Positions 25,301 to 38,900 of a stretch of DNA of 64,000 nucleotides are shown piece after piece. The notes under the pieces are model-generated. The model saw nothing but the letters and a program-made list of their open reading frames with translations. It ran no database searches and had not been told where the DNA came from. The stretch is taken from assembly GCF_009914755.1 (NCBI RefSeq), contig NC_060940.1. The stretch is one strand, 5' to 3'. Within the stretch, counting starts at the first letter, position 1, and each line of letters begins with the position of its first letter. The translations under genes and the position numbers were made by a program. This stretch comes from the human T2T-CHM13v2.0 reference genome, Homo sapiens.

Positions 25301-28300
25301 TGTGTGCGTTCAACTCACAGAGTTTAACCTTTCTTTTCACAGAGCAGTTAGGAAACACTCTGTTTGTGAAGCCTGCCAGTGGATATTCGGACCTCTTTGA
25401 GGCCTTCGTTGGAAACGGGATTTCTTCATATTATGCTAGACAGAAGATTTCTCAGTAACTTCTTTGTGTTGTGTGTATGCAACTCACAGAGTTCAACCTT
25501 CCTTTAGACAGAGCAGATTTGAAACACTCTTTTTGTGGAATTTGCAAGTGGAGATTTCAAGCGCTTCGATGCCAATGGTAGAAAAGGAAATATCTTCGTA
25601 TAAAAACAAGACAAACTCGTTCCCAGACACTGCGTAGTGATGTGTGTGTTTAACTCACAGAGTTTAACCTATCTTTTCATACAGCATTCTGGAAACCCTC
25701 TGTTTGTAAAGTCTGCAAGTGGATATTTGGACCTCTTAGATGCCTTCGTTGGAAACGGGATTTCTTCATATAATGCTAGAGGGAAGAATTCTTAGTAACT
25801 TCTTTGTGTTGTGTGTATTCAACTGACAGAGTTGAACCTTCCTTTAGACAGAGCAGATTTGAAAGTCTCTTTTTGTGGAATTTGCAAGTGGAGATTTCAA
25901 GCGCTTTGAGGCCAAAAGCAGAAAAGGAAATATTTTCCTATAAAAACTAGACAGAATCATTCTCAGAAACTGCTCTGTGATGTGTGTGTTCAACTCACAG
26001 AGTTTAACTTTCTTTTCATTCAGCAGTTTGGAAACACTCTGTTTGGAAAGTCTGCACGTGGATATTTTGACCTCTTTGAGGCCTTCGTTGGAAACGGGTT
26101 TTTTTCATGTAACGCTAGACAGAAGAAATCTCAGTAACTTCCTTGTGTTGTGTGTATTCAACTGACAGAGTTGAACCTTCCTTTAGACAGAGCAGATTCG
26201 AAACACTCTTTTTCTGCAATTTGCAAGTGGAGACTTCAAGCGCTTTGAGGCCAAAGGCAGAAAAGGAAATATCTTCGTATAAAAACCCGACAGAATCATT
26301 CTCAGAAACTGCTCTGTGATGTGTGCGTTCAACTCACAGAGTTTAACTTTTCTTTTCATTCAGCAGTTTGGAAACACTCTGTTTGTAAAGTCTGCAAGTG
26401 GATATCTTGGCCTCTTAGAGGCCTTCGTTGGAAACGGGTTTTTTCATGTAAGGTTAGACAGAGGAATTCCCAGTAACTTCCTTGTGTTGTGTGCATTCAA
26501 CTCACAGAGTTGAATGATTCTTTACACAGAGCAGATTTGAGACACTCTTTTGGTGGAATTTGTAAGTGGAGAATTCAGCCGCTTTGAGGTCAACGGTAGA
26601 AAAGGAAATATCTTCGTATAAAAACTAGACAGAATGATTCTCAGAAACTGTTTTGTGATGTGTGCGTTCAACTCACAGAGTTTAACCTTTCTTTTCAAAG
26701 AGCAGTTAGGAAACACTCTGTTTGTAAAGTCTGCAAGTGGATATTCAGACCTCTTTGAGGCCTTCGTTGGAAACGGGATTTCTTCATATTATGCTAGACA
26801 GATGAATTCTCAGTAACTTCCTTGTGTTGTGTGTATTCAACTCACAGAGTTGAACGATCCTTTACACAGAGCAGATTTGAAACACTGTTTTTCTGGAATT
26901 TGCAAGTGGAGATTTCAGCCGCTTTGAGGTCAATGGTAGAAAAAGAAATATCTTCGTATAAAAACTAGACAGAATGATTCTCAGAAACTCCTTTGTGATG
27001 TGTGCGTTCAACTCACAGAGTTTAACCTTTCTTTTCACAGAGCAGTTAGGAAACACTCTGTTTGTGAAGCCTGCCAGTGGATATTCGGACCTCTTTGAGG
27101 CCTTCGTTGGAAACGGGATTTCTTCATATTATGCTAGACAGAAGATTTCTCAGTAACTTCTTTGTGTTGTGTGTATGCAACTCACAGAGTTCAACCTTCC
27201 TTTAGACAGAGCAGATTTGAAACACTCTTTTTGTGGAATTTGCAAGTGGAGATTTCAAGCGCTTCGATGCCAATGGTAGAAAAGGAAATATCTTCGTATA
27301 AAAACAAGACAAACTCGTTCCCAGACACTGCGTAGTGATGAGTGTGTTTAACTCACAGAGTTTCACCTTTCTTTTCATACAGCATTCTGGAAACCCTCTG
27401 TTTGTAAAGTCTGCAAGTGGATATTTGGACCTCTTAGATGCCTTCGTTGGAAACGGGATTTCTTCATATAATGCTAGAGGGAAGAATTCTTAGTAACTTC
27501 TTTGTGTTGTGTGTATTCAACTGACAGAGTTGAACCTTCCTTTAGACAGAGCAGATTTGAAAGTCTCTTTTTGTGGAATTTGCAAGTGGAGATTTCAAGC
27601 GCTTTGAGGCCAAAAGCAGAAAAGGAAATGTTTTCCTATAAAAACTAGACAGAATCTTTCTCAGAAACTGCTCTGGGATGTGTGCGTTCAACTCACAGAG
27701 TTTAACTTTTCTTTTCATTCAGCAGTTTGGAAACACTCTGTTTGGAAAGTCTGCACGTGGATATTTTGACCTCTTTGAGGCCTTCGTTGGAAACGGGTTT
27801 TTTTCATGTAAGGCTAGACAGAAGAAATCTCAGTAACTTCCTTGTGTTGTGTGTATTCAACTGACAGAGTTGAACCTTCTTTTAGACAGAGCAGATTCGA
27901 AACACTCTTTTTCTGCAATTTGCAAGTGGAGACTTCAAGCGCTTTGAGGCCAAAGGCAGAAAAGGAAATATCTTCGTATAAAAACCCGACAGAATCATTC
28001 TCAGAAACTGCTCTGTGATGTGTGCGTTCAACTCACAGAGTTTAACTTTTCTTTTCATTCAGCAGTTTGGAAACACTCTGTTTGTAAAGTCTGCAAGTGG
28101 ATATCTTGGCCTCTTAGAGGCCTTCGTTGGAAACGGGTTTTTTCATGTAAGTTTAGACAGAGGAATTCCCAGTAACTTCCTTGTGTTGTGTGCATTCAAC
28201 TCACAGAGTTGAATGATTCTTTACACAGAGCAGATTTGAGACACTCTTTTGGTGGAATTTGTAAGTGGAGAATTCAGCTGCTTTGAGGTCAACGGTAGAA

Positions 28301-31300
28301 AAGGAAATATCTTCGTATAAAAACTAGACAGAATGATTCTCAGAAACTGTTTTGTGATGTGTGCGTTCAACTCACAGAGTTTAACCTTTCTTTTCAAAGA
28401 GCAGTTAGGAAACACTCTGTTTGTAAAGTCTGCAAGTGGATATTCAGACCTCTTTGAGGCCTTCGTTGGAAACGGGATTTCTTCATATTATGCTAGACAG
28501 ATGAATTCTCAGTAACTTCCTTGTGTTGTGTGTATTCAACTCACAGAGTTGAACGATCCTTTACACAGAGCAGATTTGAAACACTGTTTTTCTGGAATTT
28601 GCAAGTGGAGATGTCAGCCGCTTTGAGGTCAATGGTAGAAAAGGAAATATCTTCGTATAAAAACTAGACAGAATGATTCTCAGAAACTCCTTTGTGATGT
28701 GTGCGTTCAACTCACAGAGTTTAACCTTTCTTTTCACAGAGCAGTTAGGAAACACTCTGTTTGTGAAGCCTGCCAGTGGATATTCGGACCTCTTTGAGGC
28801 CTTCGTTGGAAACGGGATTTCTTCATATTATGCTAGACAGAAGATTTCTCAGTAACTTCTTTGTGTTGTGTGTATGCAACTCACAGAGTTCAACCTTCCT
28901 TTAGACAGAGCAGATTTGAAACACTCTTTTTGTGGAATTTGCAAGTGGAGATTTCAAGCGCTTCGATGCCAATGGTAGAAAAGGAAATATCTTCGTATAA
29001 AAACAAGACAAACTCGTTCCCAGACACTGCGTAGTGATGTGTGTGTTTAACTCACAGAGTTTAACCTTTCTTTTCATACAGCATTCTGGAAACCCTCTGT
29101 TTGTAAAGTCTGCAAGTGGATATTTGGACCTCTTAGATGCCTTCGTTGGAAACGGGATTTCTTCATATAATGCTAGAGGGAAGAATTCTTAGTAACTTCT
29201 TTGTGTTGTGTGTATTCAACTGACAGAGTTGAACCTTCCTTTAGACAGAGCAGATTTGAAAGTCTCTTTTTGTGGAATTTGCAAGTGGAGATTTCAAGCG
29301 CTTTGAGGCCAAAAGCAGAAAAGGAAATATTTTCCTATAAAAACTAGACAGAATCATTCTCAGAAACTGCTCTGTGATGTGTGTGTTCAACTCACAGAGT
29401 TTAACTTTCTTTTCATTCAGCAGTTTGGAAACACTCTGTTTGGAAAGTCTGCACGTGGATATTTTGACCTCTTTGAGGCCTTCGTTGGAAACGGGTTTTT
29501 TTCATGTATGGCTAGACAGAAGAAATCTCAGTAACTTCCTTGTGTTGTGTGTATTCAACTGACAGAGTTGAACCTTCCTTTAGACAGAGCAGATTCGAAA
29601 CACTCTTTTTCTGCAATTTGCAAGTGGAGACTTCAAGCGCTTTGAGGCCAAAGGCAGAAAAGGAAATATCTTCGTATAAAAACCCGACAGAATCATTCTC
29701 AGAAACTGCTCTGTGATGTGTGCGTTCAACTCACAGAGTTTAACTTTTCTTTTCATTCAGCAGTTTGGAAACACTCTGTTTGTAAAGTCTGCAAGTGGAT
29801 ATCTTGGCCTCTTAGAGGCCTTCGTTGGAAACGGGTTTTTTCATGTAAGGTTAGACAGAGGAATTCCCAGTAACTTCCTTGTGTTGTGTGCATTCAACTC
29901 ACAGAGTTGAATGATTCTTTACACAGAGCAGATTTGAGACACTCTTTTGGTGGAATTTGTTAGTGGAGAATTCAGCCGCTTTGAGGTCAACGGTAGAAAA
30001 GGAAATATCTTCGTATAAAAACTAGACAGAATGATTCTCAGAAACTGTTTTGTGATGTGTGCGTTCAACTCACAGAGTTTAACCTTTCTTTTCAAAGAGC
30101 AGTTAGGAAACACTCTGTTTGTAAAGTCTGCAAGTGGATATTCAGACCTCTTTGAGGCCTTCGTTGGAAACGGGATTTCTTCATATTATGCTAGACAGAT
30201 GAATTCTCAGTAACTTCCTTGTGTTGTGTGTATTCAACTCACAGAGTTGAACGATCCTTTACACAGAGCAGATTTGAAACACTGTTTTTCTTGAATTTGC
30301 AAGTGGAGATTTCAGCCGCTTTGAGGTCAATGGTAGAAAAAGAAATATCTTCGTATAAAAACTAGACAGAATGATTCTCAGAAACTCCTTTGTGATGTGT
30401 GCGTTCAACTCACAGAGTTTAACCTTTCTTTTCACAGAGCAGTTAGGAAACACTCTGTTTGTGAAGCCTGCCAGTGGATATTCGGACCTCTTTGAGGCCT
30501 TCGTTGGAAACGGGATTTCTTCATATTATGCTAGACAGAAGATTTCTCAGTAACTTCTTTGTGTTGTGTGTATGCAACTCACAGAGTTCAACCTTCCTTT
30601 AGACAGAGCAGATTTGAAACACTCTTTTTGTGGAATTTGCAAGTGGAGATTTCAAGCGCTTCGATGCCAATGGTAGAAAAGGAAATATCTTCGTAGAAAA
30701 ACAAGACAAACTCGTTCCCAGACACTGCGTAGTGATGTGTGTGTTTAACTCACAGAGTTTCACCTTTCTTTTCATACAGCATTCTGGAAACCCTCTGTTT
30801 GTAAAGTCTGCAAGTGGATATTTGGACCTCTTAGATGCCTTCGTTGGAAACGGGATTTCTTCATATAATGCTAGAGGGAAGAATTCTTAGTAACTTCTTT
30901 GTGTTGTGTGTATTCAACTGACAGAGTTGAACCTTCCTTTAGACAGAGCAGATTTGAAAGTCTCTTTTTGTGGAATTTACAAGTGGAGATTTCAAGCGCT
31001 TTGAGGCCAAAAGCAGAAAAGGAAATATTTTCCTATAAAAACTAGACAGAATCTTTCTCAGAAACTGCTCTGGGATGTGTGCGTTCAACTCACAGAGTTT
31101 AACTTTTCTTTTCATTCAGCAGTTTGGAAACACTCTGTTTGGAAAGTCTGCACGTGGATATTTTGACCTCTTTGAGGCCTTCGTTGGAAACGGGTTTTTT
31201 TCATGTAACGCTAGACAGAAGAAATCTCAGTAACTTCCTTGTGTTGTGTGTATTCAACTGACAGAGTTGAACCTTCCTTTAGACAGAGCAGATTCGAAAC

Positions 31301-31591
31301 ACTCTTTTTCTGCAATTAGCAAGTGGAGACTTCAAGCGCTTTGAGGCCAAAGGCAGAAAAGGAAATATCTTCGTATAAAAACCCGACAGAATCATTCTCA
31401 GAAACTGCTCTGTGATGTGTGCGTTCACCTCACAGAGTTTAACTTTTCTTTTCATTCAGCAGTTTGGAAACACTCTGTTTGTAAAGTCTGCAAGTGGATA
31501 TCTTGGCCTCTTAGAGGCCTTCGTTGGAAACGGGTTTTTTCATGTAAGGTTAGACAGAGGAATTCCCAGTAACTTCCTTGTGTTGTGTGCA
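16305..31591 (+). repeat. Nine canonical 10-mer HORs
   Basis: Spacings are 1699, 1699, 1698, 1698, 1699, 1698, 1699, 1698 and 1699 bp. Confidence 0.93.
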
Positions 31592-32950
31592 TTCAACTCA
31601 CAGAGTTGAATGATTCTTTACACAGAGCAGATTTGAGACACTCTTTTGGTGGAATTTGTAAGTGGAGAATTCAGCTGCTTTGAGGTCAACGGTAGAAAAG
31701 GAAATATCTTCGTATAAAAACTAGACAGAATGATTCTCAGAAACTGTTTTGTGATGTGTGCATTTAACTCACAGAGTTTAACCTTTCTTTTCAAAGAGCA
31801 GTTAGGAAACACTCTGTTTGTAAAGTCTGCAAGTGGATATTCAGACCTCTTTGAGGCCTTCGTTGGAAACGGGATTTCTTCATATTATGCTAGACAGAAT
31901 AATTCTCAGTAACTTCCTTGTGTTGTGTGTATTCAACTCACAGAGTTGAACGATCCTTTACACAGAGCAGATTTGAAACACTGTTTTTCTGGAATTTGCA
32001 AGTGGAGATTTCAGCTGCTTTGAGGTCAATGGTAGAAAAGGAAATATCTTCGTATAAAAACTAGACAGAATGATTCTCAGAAACTCCTTTGTGATGTGTG
32101 CGTTCAACTCACAGAGTTTAACCTTTCTTTTCACAGAGCAGTTAGGAAACACTCTGTTTGTGAAGCCTGCCAGTGGATATTCGGACCTCTTTGAGGCCTT
32201 CGTTGGAAACGGGATTTCTTCATATTATGCTAGACAGAAGATTTCTCAGTAACCTCTTTGTGTTGTGTGTATGCAACTCACAGAGTTCAAGCTTCCTTTA
32301 GACAGAGCAGATTTGAAACACTCTTTTTGTGGAATTTGCAAGTGGAGATTTCAAGCGCTTTGAGGCCAAAAGCAGAAAAGGAAATATTTTCCTATAAAAA
32401 CTAGACAGAATCTTTCTCAGAAACTGCTCTGGGATGTGTGTGTTCAACTCACAGAGTTTAACTTTTCTTTTCATTCAGCAGTTTGGAAACACTCTGTTTG
32501 GAAAGTCTGCACGTGGATATTTTGACCTCTTTGAGGCCTTCGTTGGAAACGGGTTTTTTTCATGTAAGGCTAGACAGAAGAAATCTCAGTAACTTCCTTG
32601 TGTTGTGTGTATTCAACTGACAGAGTTGAACCTTCTTTTAGACAGAGCAGATTCGAAACACTCTTTTTCTGCAATTTGCAAGTGGAGACTTCAAGCGCTT
32701 TGAGGCCAAAGGCAGAAAAGGAAATATCTTCGTATAAAAACCCGACAGAATCATTCTCAGAAACTGCTCTGTGATGTGTGCGTTCAACTCACAGAGTTTA
32801 ACTTTTCTTTTCATTCAGCAGTTTGGAAACACTCTGTTTGTAAAGTCTGCAAGTGGATATCTTGGCCTCTTAGAGGCCTTCGTTGGAAACGGGTTTTTTC
32901 ATGTAAGGTTAGACAGAGGAATTCCCAGTAACTTCCTTGTGTTGTGTGCA
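31592..32950 (+). repeat. 8-mer HOR variant (1359 bp): A, B, hybrid C/D, E
   Basis: Spacing 31618 to 32977 is 1359 bp. A C-type start (ATGCAACTC, GAAACACTC) joins D-type GCTTTGAGGCCAAAAGC at ~32357. Confidence 0.92.
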
Positions 32951-35900
32951 TTCAACTCACAGAGTTGAATGATTCTTTACACAGAGCAGATTTGAGACAC
33001 TCTTTTGGTGGAATTTGTAAGTGGAGAATTCAGCCGCTTTGAGGTCAACGGTAGAAAAGGAAATATCTTCGTATAAAAACTAGACAGAATGATTCTCAGA
33101 AACTGTTTTGTGATGTGTGCGTTCAACTCACAGAGTTTAACCTTTCTTTTCAAAGAGCAGTTAGGAAACACTCTGTTTGTAAAGTCTGCAAGTGGATATT
33201 CAGACCTCTTTGAGGCCTTCGTTGGAAACGGGATTTCTTCATATTATGCTAGACAGATGAATTCTCAGTAACTTCCTTGTGTTGTGTGTATTCAACTCAC
33301 AGAGTTGAACGATCCTTTACACAGAGCAGATTTGAAACACTGTTTTTCTGGAATTTGCAAGTGGAGATTTCAGCCGCTTTGAGGTCAATGGTAGAAAAAG
33401 AAATATCTTCGTATAAAAACTAGACAGAATGATTCTCAGAAACTCCTTTGTGATGTGTGCATTCAACTCACAGAGTTTAACCTTTCTTTTCACAGAGCAG
33501 TTAGGAAACACTCTGTTTGTGAAGCCTGCCAGTGGATATTCGGACCTCTTTGAGGCCTTCGTTGGAAACGGGATTTCTTCATATTATGCTAGACAGAAGA
33601 TTTCTCAGTAACTTCTTTGTGTTGTGTGTATGCAACTCACAGAGTTCAACCTTCCTTTAGACAGAGCAGATTTGAAACACTCTTTTTGTGGAATTTGCAA
33701 GTGGAGATTTCAAGCGCTTCGATGCCAATGGTAGAAAAGGAAATATCTTCGTATAAAAACAAGACAAACTCGTTCCCAGACACTGCGTAGTGATGTGTGT
33801 GTTTAACTCACAGAGTTTAACCTTTCTTTTCATACAGCATTCTGGAAACCCTCTGTTTGTAAAGTCTGCAAGTGGATATTTGGACCTCTTAGATGCCTTC
33901 GTTGGAAACGGGATTTCTTCATATAATGCTAGAGGGAAGAATTCTTAGTAACTTCTTTGTGTTGTGTGTATTCAACTGACAGAGTTGAACCTTCCTTTAG
34001 ACAGAGCAGATTTGAAAGTCTCTTTTTGTGGAATTTGCAAGTGGAGATTTCAAGCGCTTTGAGGCCAAAAGCAGAAAAGGAAATATTTTCCTATAAAAAC
34101 TAGACAGAATCTTTCTCAGAAACTGCTCTGGGATGTGTGCGTTCAACTCACAGAGTTTAACTTTTCTTTTCATTCAGCAGTTTGGAAACACTCTGTTTGG
34201 AAAGTCTGCACGTGGATATTTTGACCTCTTTGAGGCCTTCGTTGGAAACGGGTTTTTTTCATGTAACGCTAGACAGAAGAAATCTCAGTAACTTCCTTGT
34301 GTTGTGTGTATTCAACTGACAGAGTTGAACCTTCCTTTAGACAGAGCAGATTCGAAACTCTCTTTTTCTGCAATTTGCAAGTGGAGACTTCAAGCGCTTT
34401 GAGGCCAAAGGCAGAAAAGGAAATATCTTCGTATAAAAACCCGACAGAATCATTCTCAGAAACTGCTCTGTGATGTGTGCGTTCAACTCACAGAGTTTAA
34501 CTTTTCTTTTCATTCAGCAGTTTGGAAACACTCTGTTTGTAAAGTCTGCAAGTGGATATCTTGGCCTCTTAGAGGCCTTCGTTGGAAACGGGTTTTTTCA
34601 TGTAAGGTTAGACAGAGGAATTCCCAGTAACTTCCTTGTGTTGTGTGCATTCAACTCACAGAGTTGAATGATTCTTTACACAGAGCAGATTTGAGACACT
34701 CTTTTGGTGGAATTTGTAAGTGGAGAATTCAGCCGCTTTGAGGTCAACGGTAGAAAAGGAAATATCTTCGTATAAAAACTAGACAGAATGATTCTCAGAA
34801 ACTGTTTTGTGATGTGTGCGTTCAACTCACAGAGTTTAACCTTTCTTTTCAAAGAGCAGTTAGGAAACACTCTGTTTGTAAAGTCTGCAAGTGGATATTC
34901 AGACCTCTTTGAGGCCTTCGTTGGAAACGGGATTTCTTCATATTATGCTAGACAGATGAATTCTCAGTAACTTCCTTGTGTTGTGTGTATTCAACTCACA
35001 GAGTTGAACGATCCTTTACACAGAGCAGATTTGAAACACTGTTTTTCTGGAATTTGCAAGTGGAGATGTCAGCCGCTTTGAGGTCAATGGTAGAAAAAGA
35101 AATATCTTCGTATAAAAACTAGACAGAATGATTCTCAGAAACTCCTTTGTGATGTGTGCGTTCAACTCACAGAGTTTAACCTTTCTTTTCACAGAGCAGT
35201 TAGGAAACACTCTGTTTGTGAAGCCTGCCAGTGGATATTCGGACCTCTTTGAGGCCTTCGTTGGAAACGGGATTTCTTCATATTATGCTAGACAGAAGAT
35301 TTCTCAGTAACTTCTTTGTGTTGTGTGTATGCAACTCACAGAGTTCAACCTTCCTTTAGACAGAGCAGATTTGAAACACTCTTTTTGTGGAATTTGCAAG
35401 TGGAGATTTCAAGCGCTTCGATGCCAATGGTAGAAAAGGAAATATCTTCGTATAAAAACAAGACAAACTCGTTCCCAGACACTGCGTAGTGATGTGTGTG
35501 TTTAACTCACAGAGTTTCACCTTTCTTTTCATACAGCATTCTGGAAACCCTCTGTTTGTAAAGTCTGCAAGTGGATATTTGGACCTCTTAGATGCCTTCG
35601 TTGGAAACGGGATTTCTTCATATAATGCTAGAGGGAAGAATTCTTAGTAACTTCTTTGTGTTGTGTGTATTCAACTGACAGAGTTGAACCTTCCTTTAGA
35701 CAGAGCAGATTTGAAAGTCTCTTTTTGTGGAATTTGCAAGTGGAGATTTCAAGCGCTTTGAGGCCAAAAGCAGAAAAGGAAATATTTTCCTATAAAAACT
35801 AGACAGAATCTTTCTCAGAAACTGCTCTGGGATGTGTGTGTTCAACTCACAGAGTTTAACTTTTCTTTTCATTCAGCAGTTTGGAAACACTCTGTTTGGA

Positions 35901-38900
35901 AAGTCTGCACGTGGATATTTTGACCTCTTTGAGGCCTTCGTTGGAAACGGGTTTTTTTCATGTAAGGCTAGACAGAAGAAATCTCAGTAACTTCCTTGTG
36001 TTGTGTGTATTCAACTGACAGAGTTGAACCTTCTTTTAGACAGAGCAGATTCGAAACACTCTTTTTCTGCAATTTGCAAGTGGAGACTTCAAGCGCTTTG
36101 AGGCCAAAGGCAGAAAAGGAAATATCTTCGTATAAAAACCCGACAGAATCATTCTCAGAAACTGCTCTGTGATGTGTGCGTTCAACTCACAGAGTTTAAC
36201 TTTTCTTTTCATTCAGCAGTTTGGAAACACTCTGTTTGTAAAGTCTGCAAGTGGATATCTTGGCCTCTTAGAGGCCTTCGTTGGAAACGGGTTTTTTCAT
36301 GTAAGGTTAGACAGAGGAATTCCCAGTAACTTCCTTGTGTTGTGTGCATTCAACTCACAGAGTTGAATGATTCTTTACACAGAGCAGATTTGAGACACTC
36401 TTTTGGTGGAATTTGTAAGTGGAGAATTCAGCCGCTTTGAGGTCAACGGTAGAAAAGGAAATATCTTCGTATAAAAACTAGACAGAATGATTCTCAGAAA
36501 CTGTTTTGTGATGTGTGCGTTCAACTCACAGAGTTTAACCTTTCTTTTCAAAGAGCAGTTAGGAAACACTCTGTTTGTAAAGTCTGCAAGTGGATATTCA
36601 GACCTCTTTGAGGCCTTCGTTGGAAACGGGATTTCTTCATATTATGCTAGACAGATGAATTCTCAGTAACTTCCTTGTGTTGTGTGTATTCAACTCACAG
36701 AGTTGAACGATCCTTTACACAGAGCAGATTTGAAACACTGTTTTTCTGAAATTTGCAAGTGGAGATTTCAGCCGCTTTGAGGTCAATGGTAGAAAAAGAA
36801 ATATCTTCGTATAAAAACTAGACAGAATGATTCTCAGAAACTCCTTTGTGATGTGTGCATTCAACTCACAGAGTTTAACCTTTCTTTTCACAGAGCAGTT
36901 AGGAAACACTCTGTTTGTGAAGCCTGCCAGTGGATATTCGGACCTCTTTGAGGCCTTCGTTGGAAACGGGATTTCTTCATATTATGCTAGACAGAAGATT
37001 TCTCAGTAACTTCTTTGTGTTGTGTGTATGCAACTCACAGAGTTCAACCTTCCTTTAGACAGAGCAGATTTGAAACACTCTTTTTGTGGAATTTGCAAGT
37101 GGAGATTTCAAGCGCTTCGATGCCAATGGTAGAAAAGGAAATATCTTCGTATAAAAACAAGACAAACTCGTTCCCAGACACTGCGTAGTGATGTGTGTGT
37201 TTAACTCACAGAGTTTAACCTTTCTTTTCATACAGCATTCTGGAAACCCTCTGTTTGTAAAGTCTGCAAGTGGATATTTGGACCTCTTAGATGCCTTCGT
37301 TGGAAACGGGATTTCTTCATATAATGCTAGAGGGAAGAATTCTTAGTAACTTCTTTGTGTTGTGTGTATTCAACTGACAGAGTTGAACCTTCCTTTAGAC
37401 AGAGCAGATTTGAAAGTCTCTTTTTGTGGAATTTGCAAGTGGAGATTTCAAGCGCTTTGAGGCCAAAAGCAGAAAAGGAAATATTTTCCTATAAAAACTA
37501 GACAGAATCATTCTCAGAAACTGCTCTGTGATGTGTGTGTTCAACTCACAGAGTTTAACTTTCTTTTCATTCAGCAGTTTGGAAACACTCTGTTTGGAAA
37601 GTCTGCACGTGGATATTTTGACCTCTTTGAGGCCTTCGTTGGAAACGGGTTTTTTTCATGTAAGGCTAGACAGAAGAAATCTCAGTAACTTCCTTGTGTT
37701 GTGTGTATTCAACTGACAGAGTTGAACCTTCTTTTAGACAGAGCAGATTCGAAACACTCTTTTTCTGCAATTTGCAAGTGGAGACTTCAAGCGCTTTGAG
37801 GCCAAAGGCAGAAAAGGAAATATCTTCGTATAAAAACCCGACAGAATCATTCTCAGAAACTGCTCTGTGATGTGTGCGTTCAACTCACAGAGTTTAACTT
37901 TTCTTTTCATTCAGCAGTTTGGAAACACTCTGTTTGTAAAGTCTGCAAGTGGATATCTTGGCCTCTTAGAGGCCTTCGTTGGAAACGGGTTTTTTCATGT
38001 AAGTTTAGACAGAGGAATTCCCAGTAACTTCCTTGTGTTGTGTGCATTCAACTCACAGAGTTGAATGATTCTTTACACAGAGCAGATTTGAGACACTCTT
38101 TTGGTGGAATTTGTAAGTGGAGAATTCAGCTGCTTTGAGGTCAACGGTAGAAAAGGAAATATCTTCGTATAAAAACTAGACAGAATGATTCTCAGAAACT
38201 GTTTTGTGATGTGTGCGTTCAACTCACAGAGTTTAACCTTTCTTTTCAAAGAGCAGTTAGGAAACACTCTGTTTGTAAAGTCTGCAAGTGGATATTCAGA
38301 CCTCTTTGAGGCCTTCGTTGGAAACGGGATTTCTTCATATTATGCTAGACAGATGAATTCTCAGTAACTTCCTTGTGTTGTGTGTATTCAACTCACAGAG
38401 TTGAACGATCCTTTACACAGAGCAGATTTGAAACACTGTTTTTCTGGAATTTGCAAGTGGAGATGTCAGCCGCTTTGAGGTCAATGGTAGAAAAGGAAAT
38501 ATCTTCGTATAAAAACTAGACAGAATGATTCTCAGAAACTCCTTTGTGATGTGTGCGTTCAACTCACAGAGTTTAACCTTTCTTTTCACAGAGCAGTTAG
38601 GAAACACTCTGTTTGTGAAGCCTGCCAGTGGATATTCGGACCTCTTTGAGGCCTTCGTTGGAAACGGGATTTCTTCATATTATGCTAGACAGAAGATTTC
38701 TCAGTAACTTCTTTGTGTTGTGTGTATGCAACTCACAGAGTTCAACCTTCCTTTAGACAGAGCAGATTTGAAACACTCTTTTTGTGGAATTTGCAAGTGG
38801 AGATTTCAAGCGCTTCGATGCCAATGGTAGAAAAGGAAATATCTTCGTATAAAAACAAGACAAACTCGTTCCCAGACACTGCGTAGTGATGTGTGTGTTT

